NCBI GenBank assembly: GCA_046732435.1 | Contig: JBKPNC010000028.1 | Coordinates: forward strand, 1-59,602 | Reading direction: 5' to 3' | DNA length: 59,602 nucleotides | DNA from: Actinomycetota bacterium | GTDB taxonomy: Bacteria > Actinomycetota > Thermoleophilia > Gaiellales > Gaiellaceae | Shown here: positions 44,660 to 53,713 of the stretch, in pieces | How positions within the stretch are numbered: position 1 is the first letter of the stretch | Layout of the letters: each line of letters opens with the position of its first letter | Translations under genes and position numbers: made by a program | The notes under the pieces: model-generated | Seen by the model: only the letters and a program-made list of their open reading frames with translations | Databases searched by the model: none | What the model was told of the DNA's origin: nothing

Positions 44660-46861
44660 TCAGATCCGGAACGTGGCGATCTCGCCGCCCGCGAGCTCGA
44701 AGCCGCCGCGGGCGTTTTCCTCTTCGTCGAGCCGTATCCGGCGAGCCTCGACGCCGTCGAGGCGGACCCGCTCCGCCGTCGCATTCGGGTTGAAGATCCG
44801 CAGGACCAGTCCGTCACCATCTTCCGCACCTTTGAGGCAGCCGAAGACGACGTCGCCCTCGATCGCGAGCGGCGGCTCGAAGGGATCGCCGGTGAGAAAG
44901 TCGGTGCGGTAGTCCTGCGCGGTACGCAGAAGAGCAGCGTCGGAGAGCTCGTCCGCATCGAATCGCAATCCGTACTCGAACACGTGGGTGCCGTGGCACT
45001 GCCCGTCGGGCGTCGGGACGTCGGGACCGGCGGCCAGCGGCCGCGTGGGCATGCCGCTCGGCCGCGAGATCGTGCCGACGCAGCGCAGGAGGGTCAGCCG
45101 GAGCCCGTCACTCCGCGCCTCGTACTCGGGGAGGCCTTTGGTCAGAAGCTGCAGCGGTCCGCAGGCGACCGCGCCCAGCGTATGCGCAGTTGCGACCGGC
45201 GGCTCGACCCACTCCGAGCGCGGTGGCGCCGGCTCGAGCGGCCGCCTGATGACGGCGAAGTGGCCCTCCGCTCGAACCTCCCGCTCGCTCACCATCGGGA
45301 AGTGCACCCGCAGGCGGTGGTCGCTTGCCTCGTTCTCGACCGTGGTCCGGAACTCGACCCGCGGCAAGCCCTGAACAACGCGGGCCACGGTGCTGATCCG
45401 CACGTCTCGGAACTCCTGGTCGACCTGAATCTCGCTGACGAGACCGTCGTCACGAAGCACACGCGCGCCCGCGAACGAGGCGCGGCGCGGCGCGCGTCCG
45501 GGGCAGAACGTGTAGAGGTCGCCAACGTCCCCTTCGTCCTCGAGGACGTGCAGGCCGTCGTACCGGCGATCGGTTCGCGGATCGGTGATGGAGAACGTGC
45601 CGTCCACCGCCTCGAGACGGAGCACCTCATCCCCCACTGCCCGCGGCTCGACGCGACGTCCCTCGAAACCGGCGAGTTCGACGACGGCGTCGCCCACGAG
45701 CCGCGCCCGGCGGTACGGCAACGTGTTGACGAGCGCCTTGCCGTCGCCGAGTGCATCGCGCTCGACGGTTGCGATCGTGCGGTCGAGTTGCTCGTAGCGG
45801 ACGAGCATGTCTCGATGCACCTCGTCGCACGAGCAGCCGCAGATCGAGTCGTGCGGGTGGTTGCGTAACAGATCCCGCCAGGCGAGCCGGACGTCCGCAA
45901 CGGGGAACGGCGTGCCCTCCCGCAGCGAGCGCAACGCAGCCGCGACCTCTGCGCAGAGCAACCGCCGCTCGGCCCGCTCGTTCGCCTGCTTGATGTACAT
46001 GCGTGCGGAATTGACGCCCCGGAGAACGTTCTGCAGCCGACTGCCGACGAGCTCACCTTCGTAGACCGGCAGCCCGTCACGGTCGGGCTCGAAGTCCGAG
46101 TACCGACCAATCCGGACCGGCGCCGAGAACCGTTCCTCCAGCCTGAGGCACAGCAACGGAAGCCGGTTGTCAACGGGCAGGTGGTCGGACCCGTTCGCGA
46201 GCAGAACTGTGTCGCAGCCCGCACGCTCCAACAGCGCGCCGAATCGTTCGACGATGCGCTCGATCCGCCCCGCCGCGTCGTCGACGGATGTGAGCCGCGC
46301 GAAGTTGTCGTAGTGCGGCAGCAGCTGGCACGCAACTACGCCCCTACCGGCCGCGCGCCAGCGGAACAGGACGCCCAGCTCGTCGAGCTGGTCTCCGAGC
46401 CCGCGCGAGAAAAGGAATGTGCGCAGGCCGAACCCGGCCAGTAGCTGCGGCAGCTGCGCAGGATGGCCGAAGCTGTCCGGCTCGTATCCGGCCGACGTCG
46501 GCTCCACCGCGAAGCGTCGGGAGACCCGCCGGCCGAGCAGCAAGTTGCGAACGAGCGCCTCTCCGCCGACGAGCAGCTCGTCCGGAAGCACGTACCACGG
46601 GCCGACCTCGAGCCGCCCGGCAGCCAGGAGCGCGCGCAACCGACCCTCGTGTTCCGGGCGCACGTCGACGTAGTCCTCGAGCAGGATCGCCTGCCCGTCG
46701 AGGGTGAACGAACAGAACGACTCGTCCCGCTCGAGCGCGTCGAGGACGCCGTCGACGACGGTGCCAAGCCGCGCGCGGAAAACCTCGAACGGCGCGTACC
46801 ACTCGCGGTCACAGTGTGTGTGCGGCACGACGAGATACCGGAAGCGCGTGACACTCGGCAT
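44660..46861 (-). CDS. Glycoside hydrolase family 38 alpha-mannosidase (no signal peptide)
   Basis: RYLVVPHTHCDREWY, LDGQAILLEDY, GPWYVLPDE. Start at ATG 46861 (MPSVTRF...). Confidence 0.9.
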   Translation of the reverse strand: MPSVTRFRYLVVPHTHCDREWYAPFEVFRARLGTVVDGVLDALERDESFCSFTLDGQAILLEDYVDVRPEHEGRLRALLAAGRLEVGPWYVLPDELLVGGEALVRNLLLGRRVSRRFAVEPTSAGYEPDSFGHPAQLPQLLAGFGLRTFLFSRGLGDQLDELGVLFRWRAAGRGVVACQLLPHYDNFARLTSVDDAAGRIERIVERFGALLERAGCDTVLLANGSDHLPVDNRLPLLCLRLEERFSAPVRIGRYSDFEPDRDGLPVYEGELVGSRLQNVLRGVNSARMYIKQANERAERRLLCAEVAAALRSLREGTPFPVADVRLAWRDLLRNHPHDSICGCSCDEVHRDMLVRYEQLDRTIATVERDALGDGKALVNTLPYRRARLVGDAVVELAGFEGRRVEPRAVGDEVLRLEAVDGTFSITDPRTDRRYDGLHVLEDEGDVGDLYTFCPGRAPRRASFAGARVLRDDGLVSEIQVDQEFRDVRISTVARVVQGLPRVEFRTTVENEASDHRLRVHFPMVSEREVRAEGHFAVIRRPLEPAPPRSEWVEPPVATAHTLGAVACGPLQLLTKGLPEYEARSDGLRLTLLRCVGTISRPSGMPTRPLAAGPDVPTPDGQCHGTHVFEYGLRFDADELSDAALLRTAQDYRTDFLTGDPFEPPLAIEGDVVFGCLKGAEDGDGLVLRIFNPNATAERVRLDGVEARRIRLDEEENARGGFELAGGEIATFRI

Positions 46862-46930
46862 CCGCCGTACGATCGCACTTCCGTGCGCGCGCTCCGCACG
46901 GATGAGATGCCCTCGGTCCGGCTCGACGAG

Positions 46931-47853
46931 ATGACCCGGGTTGCCGTCGTCGGAGCGGGTGGCGTCGGCGTCAACTGCGCCGCTGCGATTCTCCAGCAAG
47001 GCTTGTGCACCGAGCTCGTGCTCTACGACCGGAGGCCGGACCGCGCCAGGGGGGAGGCGCTCGACTTCCTCCACGGCGCCCCGCTGCTGCCCGAGTGCCG
47101 TGTCGACGGCCGTTCCTTCGAGGAGTTCGAAGCGCCGGACATCCTGGTGCTGGCCGCGGGCGTGCATACCGCGCCCGGCCAGACGCGCCTCGACCTGATC
47201 GACGTCAACCTGGAAATCGCAGCCGAGGCGGCGGCGGCGATCGAGCGGGGCGGCCTGCCACGGGTGGCGATCGTCGTGACGAGCCCTCTCGACGTCGTCA
47301 CCGAATACCTGACGCGTCGCTGGGAGGGACGCGACGTCAGCGTGCTCGGCTCGGGGACCTCACTCGACTCATGGCGGCTGATGGAGCGACTCGCCGAGGA
47401 GCTGGGAGTTCACCCCGGAAACGTCCATGCGTGGGTGGTGGGCGAGCACGGGGACTCCGCAGTCTTCCTCTTCAGTTCCGCGATGATCGGCCCGTTCTCG
47501 CTGAAGGAGTACGCCGAGCGGCATGGCGGCACCCTCGCCGCCGACGTGCTCGCGGGCGTCGAAGACGACGTGCGCACCGCCGCCTACCGCGTGCGCGAGC
47601 TCAAGGGCTCCGCGACGCACTCGATTGGCCTCGCGACCGCCAGGATCGTGCTGCATCTGACGCGTGAGCCCGGTTTCATGATCCCGGTCTCGACCCGGGT
47701 CGACGAGGGCCTGTGCGCGAGCCTGCCCGCGATTCTCGGCCCGGGCGGGCCGAGCGAGGCGATCCGCCGCCGATGGACGAGCGGGAGCGCGCCGCGTGGG
47801 AGCGGAGCCTCGACGTGCTCCGGGCGTCGAGCGAGCGAATCCCGGTTGGCTGA
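46931..47853 (+). pseudogene. L-lactate/malate dehydrogenase family gene with apparent 1-nt frameshift near 47765 (or an assembly error)
   Basis: MTRVAVVGAGGVG, AGVHTAPGQTRLDL, VVGEHGDSAV. The expected C-terminus PPMDERERAAWERSLDVLRASSERIPVG-stop (47767-47853) is in a different frame from the body. The length 923 nt is one short of a multiple of 3. Confidence 0.65.
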
Positions 47854-47920
47854 CGCAGCTCGCACGCCCGCAGCCCAGCTGCGGGCCGCCCGGGCGAAAA
47901 GCCATCCGTACGCTTCGCCT

Positions 47921-48952
47921 GTGGCGCAGATCGAGCCCACCGTCTACCTGATCAGCGGCCCGATGGCCGCGGGAAAGTCCACCGTCGCGCGCCTCCTCGC
48001 CTCGCGATTCGAGCGGGGCGTCCACCTCGAGGGCGACGTTTTCCGACGAAGCATCGTCAGCGGGCGAGCCGAGATGACTCCCGCCGCCTCGGCGGAGGCG
48101 CTGGAGCAGCTTCGGCTGCGGTACCGGATCGGCGCCGCCGCCGCCGATGCGTACTTCGAGGCCGGCTTCACCGTCGCCCTCGAGGATGTCGTCGCCGGCC
48201 CGCTGCTCGGCGAGTACAGGACGATGATCCGCAGCCGCCCCTGCCACGTGATCGTGCTCCTGCCTTCGCTCGAAGCGGTCGTGGCACGCGAGTCCGAGCG
48301 CCGCGCCGTCGGCTATACCCACTGGGCCGCGGACGATCTCTACGAAGGCTTCGCCGCGGGGACGCCGCGTGTGGGCCTCTGGCTGGACTCGACGGAGCTC
48401 TCGCCGGAACAGACGGTCGACGCCATCCTCGCCGGCACGACGTCCAGCCGCTCGCCGCTGGTGGTCGTCGACTACGATCAGGCCTGGCCCGCGGCATTCG
48501 AGGAACTCGCCGGACCGGTCCGTCGAGCGCTTGCCGATATCGCCGCGGCGGTGGAGCACATCGGCAGCACCGCCGTGCCGGGATTGGCGGCGAAACCCAT
48601 CGTCGACATCGACGTGGTGGTGCGGTCTGTCGCCGACGTCCCGCTAGCCATCGAGCGGTTGCGCGGCCTCGGCTACGTGTACCAGGGAGACAAGGGCATC
48701 GCCGGCCGCGAGGCGTTTCTCTGGCCGCCGCGCGCGGTCCCGCACCACCTCTACGTGGTCGTCGCCGGAAGCCGTCCGCACGTGGATCACGTCGCATTCC
48801 GGGACTACCTCCGGGCGCATCCTGCACAGGCGGCCGAATACGCGTCGCTGAAGCGCACGCTCGCCGACCGGCACGGCCAGGACCGCCTCAGGTACACCGA
48901 GGCAAAGAGCGACTTCGTCGTCGCAACCCTACGCACTGCGCGACCCGGCTAG
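47921..48952 (+). CDS. P-loop kinase (AAA_33/chloramphenicol-phosphotransferase-like) fused to GrpB (UPF0157) domain
   Basis: Walker A GPMAAGKST. GrpB part: HIGSTAVPGLAAKPIVDIDVVV ... HHLYVV ... FRDYLRAHP. The start is uncertain (GTG 47921 or TTG 47846). It is in the same frame as the body of the upstream LDH-like gene. Confidence 0.75.
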   Translation: MAQIEPTVYLISGPMAAGKSTVARLLASRFERGVHLEGDVFRRSIVSGRAEMTPAASAEALEQLRLRYRIGAAAADAYFEAGFTVALEDVVAGPLLGEYRTMIRSRPCHVIVLLPSLEAVVARESERRAVGYTHWAADDLYEGFAAGTPRVGLWLDSTELSPEQTVDAILAGTTSSRSPLVVVDYDQAWPAAFEELAGPVRRALADIAAAVEHIGSTAVPGLAAKPIVDIDVVVRSVADVPLAIERLRGLGYVYQGDKGIAGREAFLWPPRAVPHHLYVVVAGSRPHVDHVAFRDYLRAHPAQAAEYASLKRTLADRHGQDRLRYTEAKSDFVVATLRTARPG

Positions 48953-49524
48953 GCCCACGGGACTTGCGGCCACACGTCGAGGCGTCCGAGCCGCCAGTGC
49001 CCGAATGGGGCATACGCCTCGGCCGGGCTATTCGTCTCCGCCTCGACGCCTCCGCCCCGCTTGAGCGCGGTCTCCGAGCGCGGATAGACGATGGTGCAGC
49101 CCTCGCGGCGGGCGCCGATCATCAGCATCACGCACCGCTCGTCGCCTGTGCCGACGAAGCCGTGGCGCGTCCCGGACGGACAGTGCACGAAGTCCCAGGC
49201 GCGAAGCGGCCGCTCTTCCTCCTCGATGAGCAGCAGGCACGTGCCCGCGAGCACGAGGAAGTCCTCCTGGCAGGACTCGGCGTGGTACATGCCGGTGGGC
49301 TTGCCCGGCTCGAGGACGGCAAGGGTTAACCCGGTATCGCGGAAGAGGTACGGCTCGAGCTCGGGTCGTTCGGCGAGCACGCGACGGTTGCTCTCGAACA
49401 CGCACCGGCCGCCGAAAGCGTCGTGGCGCAGCCACGCCGCCTCCGCCGCGTTGACGACAAACCAGCCCGGCGTCACGGGCGCCAGGCCCGACCCCACATC
49501 CTCGAGTCGTGCTTCCTCCACCAC
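48949..49524 (-). CDS. Cupin domain protein
   Basis: GTG 49524 lies 5 nt after GGAAGGAG. GMYHAESCQEDFLVLAGTCLLLIEEEERPLRAWDFVHCPSGTRHGFVG. Confidence 0.8.
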   Translation of the reverse strand: MVEEARLEDVGSGLAPVTPGWFVVNAAEAAWLRHDAFGGRCVFESNRRVLAERPELEPYLFRDTGLTLAVLEPGKPTGMYHAESCQEDFLVLAGTCLLLIEEEERPLRAWDFVHCPSGTRHGFVGTGDERCVMLMIGARREGCTIVYPRSETALKRGGGVEAETNSPAEAYAPFGHWRLGRLDVWPQVPWA

Positions 49525-49558
49525 CGTTGCTCCTTCCGTTGGTTTTGCGCCGACGAGG

Positions 49559-49789
49559 ATGCCCGAGTACGGTGAGTCGGTGACGCCCGTGACGCTCACT
49601 GTCGTGCCGAACGAGATGGAGGCCGAGGTGATCTGCGGAGCGCTGCGCGCCGGCGGCATCGCCTGCAACTACCGCAAGACGGACATGGCTGCTGGGCTGA
49701 CGATGGGGACGGTCGGGGGCGGCCCGATCGAGGTGCTCGTGGACGAGAGCGACCTCGCCGCTGCCAAGAGCCTGGTCGAGACCGACTAG
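49559..49789 (+). CDS. DUF2007-like small protein (putative signal-transducing, PII-like fold)
   Basis: VTLTVVPNEMEAEVICGALRAGGIACNYRKTD...GPIEVLVDESDLAAAKSLVE. Start at ATG 49559 or GTG 49580. Confidence 0.65.
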   Translation: MPEYGESVTPVTLTVVPNEMEAEVICGALRAGGIACNYRKTDMAAGLTMGTVGGGPIEVLVDESDLAAAKSLVETD

Positions 49790-49799
49790 CGGGGCCGCG

Positions 49800-51275
49800 T
49801 CAGAAGGGAAACGGCCGCCTGCCGCTCTGGACGGTCACCCAGCGAAGGTCGGTGAACTCGTCGATCGCGAACGTCCCGCCGAACCGACCCCATCCGCTGT
49901 CCTTGACGCCGCCGAACGGCATCTGGGGCTCGTCGTGCACCGGCTGGTCGTTGATATGGACGATCCCGGCTTCGAGCCGCTCCGCGACGGCGAGGCCGCG
50001 GTCGGGATCCGTCGTCAGGATGCCTGCAGCGAGCCCGTAGCTCGTGTCGTTGGCGCGCTGTACCGCCTCGTCGGCCGTGTCGACGATCTCGACAGCCGCG
50101 ACCGGGCCGAACGTCTCTTGTCGCGCTAGGCCGGAATCGGAGGGGACATCCGCAAGCAATGTCGCCTGGAAGCACGGGCCGACCGCCTCGCCGCCGGCGA
50201 GGACGCGCGCGCCCTTCGAGACGGCTTCGTCGACGCGCGACCTGACGGTCGCCAGCGCGCGCTCGTTGATCAGTGGGCCGATGATCGTGTCGTGCTCCTT
50301 CGGGTCGCCGAGTTTGAGTCCGGCCGTTTTCTCGGCGAGTCGAGGCACCAACTCATCGGCGATCGCCCGTTCGACGATGATCCGGCGCACCGACATGCAG
50401 ATCTGCCCCTGGTGGAAGAACGCACCGAAGACGGAGGCGTCGACGGCGTACTCGGGATCGGCGTCGGCGAGGACGATCAGCGGGTTGTGGCCCCCAAGCT
50501 CGAGCACCACCCGCTTGAGGTGTCGACCGGCGGCTTCTGCGACCTTCCGGCCGGTCTCCGTGGATCCGGTGAAGTTGAGCCGGCGAACGGGCGAGCTCGC
50601 GATCAGCTCGGCGGCGACCGCTCCCGCTCCACCGGGGGCATGCGTCACCACGTTGAGCACCCCGGCCGGGAGGCCGGCCTCCTGGAAGACCTCCGCCCAG
50701 ACGAGCCCGCCGGACCAGGGCGCCTCTTCAGAGGGCTTCAGGACGACCGTATTCGCGCAGGCAAGCGGTGCGGTGATTGCCCGCGCCGACAGGATCAGCG
50801 CGGCATTCCACGGGGCGATAGCGCCGACGACGCCGACCGGCCGGCGAATCCCCATCGCGAAGGCCCCGGGCAGGTCGGATGGGAGGATTTGCCCCAGCGG
50901 CGCGTAGGCGGCACCGGCGCCGTGCCTGAACAGTCCCGCGACGAAGTCGACCTGGAAACCGCCCCAGCCCAGGGTTGCCCCGGTCTCGCGGGCCAGCATG
51001 TCGACGATCTCGTCGCGGCGCGTCTCCACGAGCTCGGCGGCCCGGAGGAAGACACGCTGCCGCACCGCGGGCGGGCTCGCCGACCACGCAGGAAACGAGC
51101 CGGCCGCCGCCTCGACCGCGCGGCGGGCGTCGTCCGCGCCACCGTCTGGCACGCGACCCACCGTGTCGCCGGTGTACGGATCGCGGTCCTCAAAGGTCTC
51201 CCCGCTGGCCGCATCCTGCCACTCGCCGCCGATGAACAGGCGGCAATCGCGAATCTCCGGCGCGGTCGCGGCCAT
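49800..51275 (-). CDS. NAD(P)-dependent aldehyde dehydrogenase
   Basis: ELGGHNP and FFHQGQICMS (catalytic Cys). ATG 51275 lies 10 nt after GGAGAAG. Confidence 0.9.
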   Translation of the reverse strand: MAATAPEIRDCRLFIGGEWQDAASGETFEDRDPYTGDTVGRVPDGGADDARRAVEAAAGSFPAWSASPPAVRQRVFLRAAELVETRRDEIVDMLARETGATLGWGGFQVDFVAGLFRHGAGAAYAPLGQILPSDLPGAFAMGIRRPVGVVGAIAPWNAALILSARAITAPLACANTVVLKPSEEAPWSGGLVWAEVFQEAGLPAGVLNVVTHAPGGAGAVAAELIASSPVRRLNFTGSTETGRKVAEAAGRHLKRVVLELGGHNPLIVLADADPEYAVDASVFGAFFHQGQICMSVRRIIVERAIADELVPRLAEKTAGLKLGDPKEHDTIIGPLINERALATVRSRVDEAVSKGARVLAGGEAVGPCFQATLLADVPSDSGLARQETFGPVAAVEIVDTADEAVQRANDTSYGLAAGILTTDPDRGLAVAERLEAGIVHINDQPVHDEPQMPFGGVKDSGWGRFGGTFAIDEFTDLRWVTVQSGRRPFPF

Positions 51276-51340
51276 GTGCGTCATCTTCTCCGATCGAGCG
51301 TCAGGGCGCCGCTTCGCGAAAACCACTGTACCTTGTCTAC

Positions 51341-53485
51341 ATGGCAGACAAGCCGGGGGCGCCACACCCGCCTGCGGAACGCGTGGCGCCCGACCCGTTC
51401 CACCTCAACGCCGGGGTGACGACAGCGGTCGACACGCCGCGGTTCGTCACCGGCGCAGAGGCTGCGCGCCTGCTTCGCGAGGCCGCGCAGCAGCTCGGCG
51501 AATCGCTCGACCCGGAGCGTGTCTACGACCATTTCCACGAGCTCGTCGCCGGGATGATCCCCCACAACGGTCTCGTCGTCTCGTCCTACGACGACCGCGA
51601 CGGGATGATTCGCTGCGAGTACGCGTGGGTGGACGGGAACAAGCTCGATCCAGCCAAGCTGCCGCCGGTCAAGCTGAACCCGAAGGGCGAGGGGATGCAG
51701 AGCCGTGTGATCGTGACCGGCGACGGGTTGCTCGCGAACGACGTCGCCGAGCGGGTGGAGAGGAGCGACGGGACGTTCTACGACGTCGACTCCGAGGGGC
51801 ATGTGCGCAAGGTGCCCGATACAGGTCCGGTGTCGACCCAGGCCGCCCTGATGGCTCCGGTCAAGCACGAGGGCCGCGTCGTCGGCGTCGTGCAGGTCAT
51901 GAGCGAGGAGGTCACGTACACGCTCGACCAGCTGGAGCTCATGGAGGGGATCGTCGCACAGATGTCGGCAGCGGTCCGCAACGCCAGGCTCTACCGGGCC
52001 GCGCAGGACGAGCTCGAGGCGCGGGCGCGTGCCGAGACGGCCCTCCGCGAGAGCGAGGCGCGCTACCGGGCGATCTACGACAGCGCCGCCGTCGGCATCT
52101 CCGAGGTCGCCCTGGACGGACGCTGGCTCCGCGTGAACGAACGCCTCTGCGAGATCACCGGTTACCCGGCCGAAGAACTGCTTCAGCTCCGCTTCCAGGA
52201 CATCACGGTCCCGGAGGACCTCGTCGCCGACGAGGCCCAGGGGCGGCGCATGCTCGCCGGCGAGATCGACCGATATACGAGGGAGAAGCGCTACCTCCGA
52301 AAGGACGGACGCGAGGTGCTCGTGAACGTCACCGTCTCGCTCGTCCGGGGCGCCGACGGTGAACCGCTCCGGTTCATCTCCGTCGCCGAGGACATCACCG
52401 GGCGCCGCCAGGCGCAGGAGGAGCGCCAGCGGCTCGTCGCGGCCGAGGAGGCGGCACGCGCGATCGCTCGCGAGCGCGAGCAGGAGGCGCGCGTGCTCAG
52501 CGCAGTCGGCGACGGAATCGCGCTCGTCGACCACGCCGGCATCCTCCGGGTCTGGAATCCGGCCGCTGAGCGCGCAACCGGGCTGGAGGCGAGGCAGGTG
52601 CTCGGTCGCAGCGTGGACGAGATCCTTCCCGGCTGGTCGAGCGTGGGGCGACGCATCTCGAGCGGTCCGGAGCCGTCGCAGCCGGAAACGATGCCGCTCG
52701 AAGTCCGCGGGCGGGAGCTCTGGCTCTCGATCGTCGCGGTCGAGAGCGCCGACGGCGTCGTCTACGCGTTCCGAGACCTGACCGCCCAGCGGCGCCTCGA
52801 CGAGGCCAAGACGGAGCTGGTCGCCACCGTCTCGCACGAGCTGCGGACCCCGCTCTCCGCCGTGTTCGGAGCCGCGAAGACGCTCCTGCACAGGGACAGC
52901 GAGATGCCGCCCGAGGAGCGGGTGGCGCTGCTCCGCATGATCGTCGACCAGACGGAACGCCTGTCGCAGATCGCCGACGAGTTCCTGCTCGCGAGCCGGC
53001 TCGAGGCAGGGGAGCTCCCCGTCTCGAGCGTGCACGTGGACCTCGTCGAGCTCGCCCAGGAGTCGATCAAGGCGATGCAGGCCCGCACCCCGGAGGGCAC
53101 GACGTTCGAGCTCCGAAGCCATGAGGACGTGCCGCCGGCCCGCGCCGATCCCGAGAAGCTCGGGCAGGTGCTCGTCAATCTTCTCGACAACGCGATCAAG
53201 TACTCGCCGAACGGCGGTCTCGTGAGCATTTCCGTGACCGCGCAGGAGCGGCGAGTGCAGCTCGCTGTACGCGACCCCGGCCTCGGGATCCCTCGCTCCG
53301 AGCAGGAACGGGTGTTCGAGAAGTTCTACCGGGTCGACCCGAACCTCGTTCACGGGGTGCGCGGCACCGGCCTCGGCCTCTATATCTCCCGCGAGCTGGT
53401 GAGGCGGATGGACGGCCAGATCCGCCTCGTCTCCGAAGAGGGAAGCGGATCGACCTTCTTCGTCGAGCTGCCGCGCGCAGACTAA
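51341..53485 (+). CDS. Cytoplasmic sensor histidine kinase, GAF-PAS-PAS-HisKA-HATPase_c
   Basis: H box VSHELRTPL, N box NLLDNAIKYS, G boxes DPGLGI and GTGLGLYI. Two PAS-like blocks (YRAIYDSAAVGISEV..., VLSAVGDGIALVD...). No TM segment. Confidence 0.9.
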   Translation: MADKPGAPHPPAERVAPDPFHLNAGVTTAVDTPRFVTGAEAARLLREAAQQLGESLDPERVYDHFHELVAGMIPHNGLVVSSYDDRDGMIRCEYAWVDGNKLDPAKLPPVKLNPKGEGMQSRVIVTGDGLLANDVAERVERSDGTFYDVDSEGHVRKVPDTGPVSTQAALMAPVKHEGRVVGVVQVMSEEVTYTLDQLELMEGIVAQMSAAVRNARLYRAAQDELEARARAETALRESEARYRAIYDSAAVGISEVALDGRWLRVNERLCEITGYPAEELLQLRFQDITVPEDLVADEAQGRRMLAGEIDRYTREKRYLRKDGREVLVNVTVSLVRGADGEPLRFISVAEDITGRRQAQEERQRLVAAEEAARAIAREREQEARVLSAVGDGIALVDHAGILRVWNPAAERATGLEARQVLGRSVDEILPGWSSVGRRISSGPEPSQPETMPLEVRGRELWLSIVAVESADGVVYAFRDLTAQRRLDEAKTELVATVSHELRTPLSAVFGAAKTLLHRDSEMPPEERVALLRMIVDQTERLSQIADEFLLASRLEAGELPVSSVHVDLVELAQESIKAMQARTPEGTTFELRSHEDVPPARADPEKLGQVLVNLLDNAIKYSPNGGLVSISVTAQERRVQLAVRDPGLGIPRSEQERVFEKFYRVDPNLVHGVRGTGLGLYISRELVRRMDGQIRLVSEEGSGSTFFVELPRAD

Positions 53486-53509
53486 CCGGGGGAAATGGGG
53501 TTTCCCCGG
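53486..53509 (+). terminator. GC-rich stem-loop immediately after the kinase stop codon
   Basis: CCGGGGGAAA-TGGGG-TTTCCCCGG (9 bp with one bulged G). No U-tract follows. Confidence 0.4.
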
Positions 53510-53687
53510 TGGCCCCCTCCCTAGCTCCTGTCGCCTTCGGCTCGGTCGCTTTGAGTTGACGCGCTGCGCCTCCGGGGCAAAGCCCCGCTCCGCTGATTGA
53601 AGATCTTTGGCCCGACGGAGCCGGGCTTCGCCCGGCGGAGTCGCCGCACGCGAAGGCGTGTCTGCTCTCGGGTCTGGGAGGGGGCTA

Positions 53688-53712
53688 CCGGGGGGAACCC
53701 CATTCCCCCCGG
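53688..53712 (-). terminator. Perfect 10-bp GC-rich stem-loop immediately after the permease stop codon
   Basis: CCGGGGGGAA-CCCCA-TTCCCCCCGG on the plus strand. It is the mirror copy of the hairpin at 53486-53509. Confidence 0.4.
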
Positions 53713-53713
53713 T

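Noticed and set aside
46463-46930. N-terminal extension of the 829-aa ORF
   Set aside because: It overlaps the 5' end of the divergent GH38 gene. The dehydrogenase Rossmann motif follows directly after ATG 46931.
51281-53353. 690-aa ORF antisense to the histidine kinase
   Set aside because: The plus-strand frame carries complete H/N/G boxes and PAS/GAF patterns. The antisense translation is low-complexity.
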